From positions 1 through 42,567 of IMG/VR virus record IMGVR_UViG_2534681936_000017: a stretch of DNA of 42,567 bases; one strand, 5' to 3'. The notes under the pieces were generated by a model. The model made no database searches. It saw only the letters and a list, made by a program, of their open reading frames with translations, and was not told the origin of the DNA. Shown piece after piece: positions 38,912 through 42,567 of this stretch (position 1 is its first letter; the number at the start of each line of letters is the position of its first letter). The stretch is from a virus (taxonomy: Duplodnaviria > Heunggongvirae > Uroviricota > Caudoviricetes). The translations under genes were made by a program, and so were the position numbers.

Positions 38912-39964
38912 ATGAACGAATTAACTCAACAAGAAAATATTAACTCTAATGTTGCGGTTTTCAGCCCTCAGTCTCTGGCTGCAATTCAGACGTTTTCTCA
39001 GGTAATGGCTTCCGGCATGGCTACTGTACCGGAACACCTCCGGGGAAATCCATCAGACTGCATGGCCATAACCATGCAGGCGATGCAGTGGCAAATGAAC
39101 CCTTACGCAGTAGCTCAGAAAACTTTCGTTGTGAATGGTGTACTCGGATATGAAGCGCAACTGGTTAATGCCGTAATCAGTACTCGTGGGCCGTTAACCG
39201 GGCGTATTGAATATGACTGGTTCGGGCCGTGGGAAAAAATTATCGGGAAATTTGAAATCAGGAAGAACGACAAAGGGAAAGAATATCGTGTACCTGGCTG
39301 GAAGCTGGTCGATGAAAACGGGATCGGAGTTCGCGTCCAGGCAACACTACGCGGAGAGAGCAAACCACGCGTACTGGAGTTACTTCTGGCGCAGGCCAGA
39401 ACACGTAACTCAACGTTATGGGCCGATGATCCTCGTCAGCAGCTTGCCTATCTGGCACTGAAACGCTGGGCGCGCCTTTATTGCCCTGAAGTGATTCTTG
39501 GAGTGTACACCCGGGACGAACTGGACGAACCACAGGAAAAAATCATTAATCCGGTTCAGGAACATAAAAACACATCCGCCTGCCGTGCGGAACGTGAAAC
39601 AACAATTATTGAGCAGGATGTCGGGGAAAACTGGATCAGTGCTTTCCGTGAACGTATTGAGCAGGCACAAAGCACCGGAGAAACAACAGCACTTCGGCAG
39701 GAAGTGGAAGAGCATAAAAATACACTTGGCGCTCTCTATACGGAACTTAAAGGAAAAGTGGTTCAGCGTCATCACCGTCTCAATGCTATTGCCCGTATTG
39801 AGAAGATGATAAATGACCTGCCTTCATCAGGTGATCCGGAAGCAGAACAAAAATTTACTGCTCTGGAAAATACGCTGAATGCTGCACGACCACATCTGGG
39901 AGAATTATATGAGGCGTATAAAACGACACTGACAGATATGAAACCAGAATATATCGGCTCCTGA
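38912..39964 (+). CDS. recT: RecT/Red-beta-family single-strand annealing protein
   Basis: 350 aa directly after recE (RBS GAGGAAGG); segment QLAYLALKRWARLYCPEVILGVYTRDE resembles the conserved Bet/RecT core; not the K-12 RecT sequence. Confidence 0.6.
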   Translation: MNELTQQENINSNVAVFSPQSLAAIQTFSQVMASGMATVPEHLRGNPSDCMAITMQAMQWQMNPYAVAQKTFVVNGVLGYEAQLVNAVISTRGPLTGRIEYDWFGPWEKIIGKFEIRKNDKGKEYRVPGWKLVDENGIGVRVQATLRGESKPRVLELLLAQARTRNSTLWADDPRQQLAYLALKRWARLYCPEVILGVYTRDELDEPQEKIINPVQEHKNTSACRAERETTIIEQDVGENWISAFRERIEQAQSTGETTALRQEVEEHKNTLGALYTELKGKVVQRHHRLNAIARIEKMINDLPSSGDPEAEQKFTALENTLNAARPHLGELYEAYKTTLTDMKPEYIGS

Positions 39965-40027
39965 TATTTACTATGGCGGTGTAGCCTCGCCGCCATAACA
40001 AAACTTTATTTTATGAGAGAAAAGACA

Positions 40028-40222
40028 ATGCGGTATGAAAAAGTCAAACCATGTCCATTTTGTGGTTGTCCATCAGTAACGGTGAAAGCCATTTCAGGAT
40101 ATTACCGAGCGAAGTGTAACGGGTGCGAATCCCGAACCGGCTATAGTGGAAGTGAAAAAGAAGCACTTGCAAGATGGAATAAACGAACTACTGGAAATAA
40201 TAATGGAGGTGTTCATGTATAA
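40028..40222 (+). CDS. lar: Lar/RalR-like restriction alleviation protein
   Basis: 64 aa from ATG 40028; MRYEKVKPCPFCGCPSVTVKAISGYYRAKCNGCESRTGY... with zinc-ribbon cysteines. Confidence 0.65.
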   Translation: MRYEKVKPCPFCGCPSVTVKAISGYYRAKCNGCESRTGYSGSEKEALARWNKRTTGNNNGGVHV

Positions 40223-40403
40223 AATTACCGCCACTATTGAAATGGAAGGTGGCACACCTACTAACTGGACAAGATATTCAAAATCTAAATTAACGAAATC
40301 AGAATGCGAAAAAATGCTCTCAGGGAAAAAAGAAGCAGGCGTTTCCAGAGAGCAGAAAGTAAAACTGATAAATTTTAATTGCGAGAAACTTCTGTCCTCG
40401 TGA
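40215..40403 (+). CDS. Small hypothetical protein (YdaC position)
   Basis: 62 aa, RBS GGAGG 6 nt upstream; overlaps lar stop. Confidence 0.4.
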   Translation: MYKITATIEMEGGTPTNWTRYSKSKLTKSECEKMLSGKKEAGVSREQKVKLINFNCEKLLSS

Positions 40404-40503
40404 GCTGCATTATATACAAATTAGAACTTCATAGCTGATTATTAAAAATCAACCACACCCGCCAGTATTCTGTATATTTACTGGCGGTCATATCGTAAGA
40501 GGT

Positions 40504-40791
40504 ATGGCAATGAATCTTGTGACACTCAAAACGTGGGGAAAACTCAGATATCCGGATAACCCACCATCAATATCAACGCTGAGACGATGGGCAAGGAATG
40601 GAAACATTTATCCTGCACCTGAACTACACGGGAGGAGTTACAGGGTGGTTCCGGAGGCTTTCTATATCAACCCAAATAAGGTTGATACCGATATAACACA
40701 CCATCAGCCTAATGGGCGACAAGGGAGAGACAGTCCGTTACTGGAGAAGTTAAAACATGCAGCGGAAAAAATACGATCCCAATTTGCCTAA
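40504..40791 (+). CDS. xis: Excisionase (Xis-like)
   Basis: LVTLKTWGKLRYPDNPPSISTLRRWARNGNIYPAPELHGRSYRV follows the lambda Xis pattern; 3' end overlaps the int start. Confidence 0.6.
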   Translation: MAMNLVTLKTWGKLRYPDNPPSISTLRRWARNGNIYPAPELHGRSYRVVPEAFYINPNKVDTDITHHQPNGRQGRDSPLLEKLKHAAEKIRSQFA

Positions 40792-41833
40792 AAACTTAAC
40801 ATATCGAAGGAGGGACAAAGCATATTACTGGCGCAACCCTCTGACGAAAGAAGAATTTACACTAGGTAAAATTTCAAGGAGAGATGCAGTAGCGCAGGCA
40901 ATTGAAGCAAATCATTATATATACAAAAACTACTCTCCTGCTGCCTTAATTGAAAAGCTTAAAGGGTTCGACTCATTTACTATGGCAGACTGGATTGAAC
41001 GTTACAAAACGATTCTTATAAGGAGAAAAGTGTCCAGAAATACTTATAAAATTCGGGTAAATCAACTGGAGACAATAAAAGAAAAATTGGGAGAGATTTT
41101 ACTGACAGAAATAACCACTCGCCATATTGCCGAGTTTCTTGATTTGTGGATTGAAGGAGGGAAAAACACAATGGCAGGATCAATGCGTTCTGTGTTGTCT
41201 GATATGTTTCGCGAGGCCATTGTTGAAGGACGTATATCTCAAAATCCAGTAACGCCAACAAGAGCACCGAAAATAGTAGTTACAAGAGAACGACTGAAAC
41301 TAAAGACATACAACTGCATCAGGGAGGCAGCAGATCAACTTCCGGCATGGTTCCCATTAGCTATGGATTTAGCCCTTGTAACAGGACAACGTCGTGAAGA
41401 CATAACGAATATGCGGTTCAGTGATATTTATGATGATCGTCTCCACATCAGGCAAATTAAGACAGGAATGATGATTGCTATCCCCCTGTCACTGAGCCTT
41501 CCTGTCGCTGGTCTACGGCTTGGTACAGTAGTTGAACGGTGCCGCCTGGTAAGCCGGGGAGATTATCTAATCAGTGCCGGAATTAGAAAAAACAGCCCTG
41601 ACGGCAGCATTCACCCGGATGGCCTGACAAAAAAATTTGTCGCAGCCAGAAAATTAACAGGTATCCAGTTCAGTGAAAACCCACCAACTTTTCACGAGAT
41701 CAGAAGTCTGGCTGGACGATTGTACAAAGAAACATGTGGAGAAGAATTTGCTCAGCGTCTACTTGGCCACACATCGGAGAAGACAACAAAAATGTATCTT
41801 GATGAGAGAGAAAAAACGTACTTACTGCTCTGA
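40757..41833 (+). CDS. int: Tyrosine integrase (lambda Int family)
   Basis: 358 aa; resembles lambda Int throughout ([16 protein letters not shown]..., [12 protein letters not shown]..., [13 protein letters not shown]). Confidence 0.9.
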   Translation: MQRKKYDPNLPKNLTYRRRDKAYYWRNPLTKEEFTLGKISRRDAVAQAIEANHYIYKNYSPAALIEKLKGFDSFTMADWIERYKTILIRRKVSRNTYKIRVNQLETIKEKLGEILLTEITTRHIAEFLDLWIEGGKNTMAGSMRSVLSDMFREAIVEGRISQNPVTPTRAPKIVVTRERLKLKTYNCIREAADQLPAWFPLAMDLALVTGQRREDITNMRFSDIYDDRLHIRQIKTGMMIAIPLSLSLPVAGLRLGTVVERCRLVSRGDYLISAGIRKNSPDGSIHPDGLTKKFVAARKLTGIQFSENPPTFHEIRSLAGRLYKETCGEEFAQRLLGHTSEKTTKMYLDEREKTYLLL

Positions 41834-41880
41834 TTTTAACGTAAATGGATTGTTAAATGTATTTTGGTTGTGATATAACC

Positions 41881-41998
41881 AAAAAAGACCGGAATACAGA
41901 AATTCGAGTAAATTTCGGGGGATTTCGGGGAGACGTTTGCAACTGATTGATTTTAAATACAATTAAAAAAAGACCGAATACGATTCCTGTATTCGGTC
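41881..41998. repeat. Candidate att arm region: direct repeats AAAAAAGACCGGAATAC (41881-41897) and AAAAAAAGACCGAATAC (41965-41981), tandem ATTTCGGGG x2 (41912-41930), 10-bp-stem hairpin (41972-41998)
   Basis: Repeats lie within 170 bp of the int stop, where arm-type Int sites are expected; core site not identifiable without the other prophage end. Confidence 0.3.
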
Positions 41999-42157
41999 CA
42001 GGGAAATGGCTCTTGGGAGAGAGCCGTGCGCTAAAAGTTGGCATTAATGCAGGCTTAGTTGCCTTGCCCTTTAAGAATAGATGACGACGCCAGGTTTTCC
42101 AGTTTGCGTGCAAAATGGTCAATAAAAAGCGCGGTGGTCATCAGCTTAAATGTTAAA

Positions 42158-42197
42158 AACCGCCCGTTCTGGTGAAAGAACTGAGGCGGTTTTTTTA
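42158..42197. terminator. Bidirectional rho-independent terminator (probably host)
   Basis: A-run, GC-rich hairpin aaccgcc...ggcggtt, then TTTTTTT; just downstream of the minus-strand periplasmic-protein gene. Confidence 0.5.
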
Positions 42198-42225
42198 TTG
42201 GAAATCAAAAGGCTATTTTAGGTAA

Positions 42226-42567
42226 TTAACAGAGTTTTTCAGCTCGTTCTATAAACGGTGCCAGACTCATTTTTTCGCCGGGATTGTTGGGATCATCAAT
42301 CTGAATCACCGAAATGGGTTGGGCTTTAGTCTTCCCACTGGCAACTTCCTTCTGTGCGACATCGTTTAAAGGATACTGCACGAGGGTACTTGGGTTGATG
42401 ACATACAAAGCATTACCCGGTCGGCAAGTCAGCATCACCTCTTCGCGATTAAACGCCCATTTGTCTTTACCCACTTCAAAACGGCTGACGGTAATCACCT
42501 GCGGTGCAGCCAGCGCCGCTGCAGAACTGGTGAGTAACAGAAACGCCAGAATACTTTTTTTCATCAT
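42226..42567 (-). CDS. Host-encoded small periplasmic protein (signal peptide; YebY/DUF-type, tentative)
   Basis: 113 aa with N-terminal signal peptide [22 protein letters not shown]; lies beyond the int/att region, so probably chromosomal flank. Confidence 0.55.
   Translation of the reverse strand: MMKKSILAFLLLTSSAAALAAPQVITVSRFEVGKDKWAFNREEVMLTCRPGNALYVINPSTLVQYPLNDVAQKEVASGKTKAQPISVIQIDDPNNPGEKMSLAPFIERAEKLC

Noticed and set aside
1-42567. CRISPR arrays, tRNA/rRNA genes, IS elements
   Set aside because: No spacer-repeat arrays, no cloverleaf-compatible tRNA-like segments found by eye, and no transposase-like ORFs with terminal inverted repeats; absence is by inspection only.

Overview
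Almost the whole window is one prophage of an E. coli-like enterobacterium, with a Rac-like lambdoid early/regulatory half joined to a complete contractile-tail (myovirus-type, Mu-like baseplate) structural module. Late genes run on the minus strand: Q antiterminator with pR'/tR' just downstream, lysis cassette (holin, lambda R-like endolysin, Rz/Rz1), terminase, portal, head, sheath/tube/tape measure, baseplate, tail fibre, and a Pin-type invertible tail-fibre segment (199-2094) whose invertase gene starts at 144 and runs off the left edge. The early-left operon runs on the plus strand (kilR, ydaE-like, racC-like, recE-like, recT-like, lar, xis, int 40757-41833), followed by probable att arm repeats and host DNA. 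The immunity region is a divergent Cro-like/CI-like pair (32821-33579) with palindromic operators, then YdaT-like, O-like and DnaC-like replication genes. Accessory cargo worth attention: (1) a plus-strand gene (22021-22569) between lysis and terminase genes with R / S-T-S-like / E-x-E motifs of a mono-ADP-ribosyltransferase; (2) a membrane protein plus convergent small protein between Q and holin; (3) a VapD/Cas2-like small gene in the sieB slot; (4) a phd-doc toxin-antitoxin pair and a signal-peptide protein inside the baseplate operon; (5) hok/sok. All calls come from reading the translations and recalled family motifs; no database search or computation was run, so family names are hypotheses.
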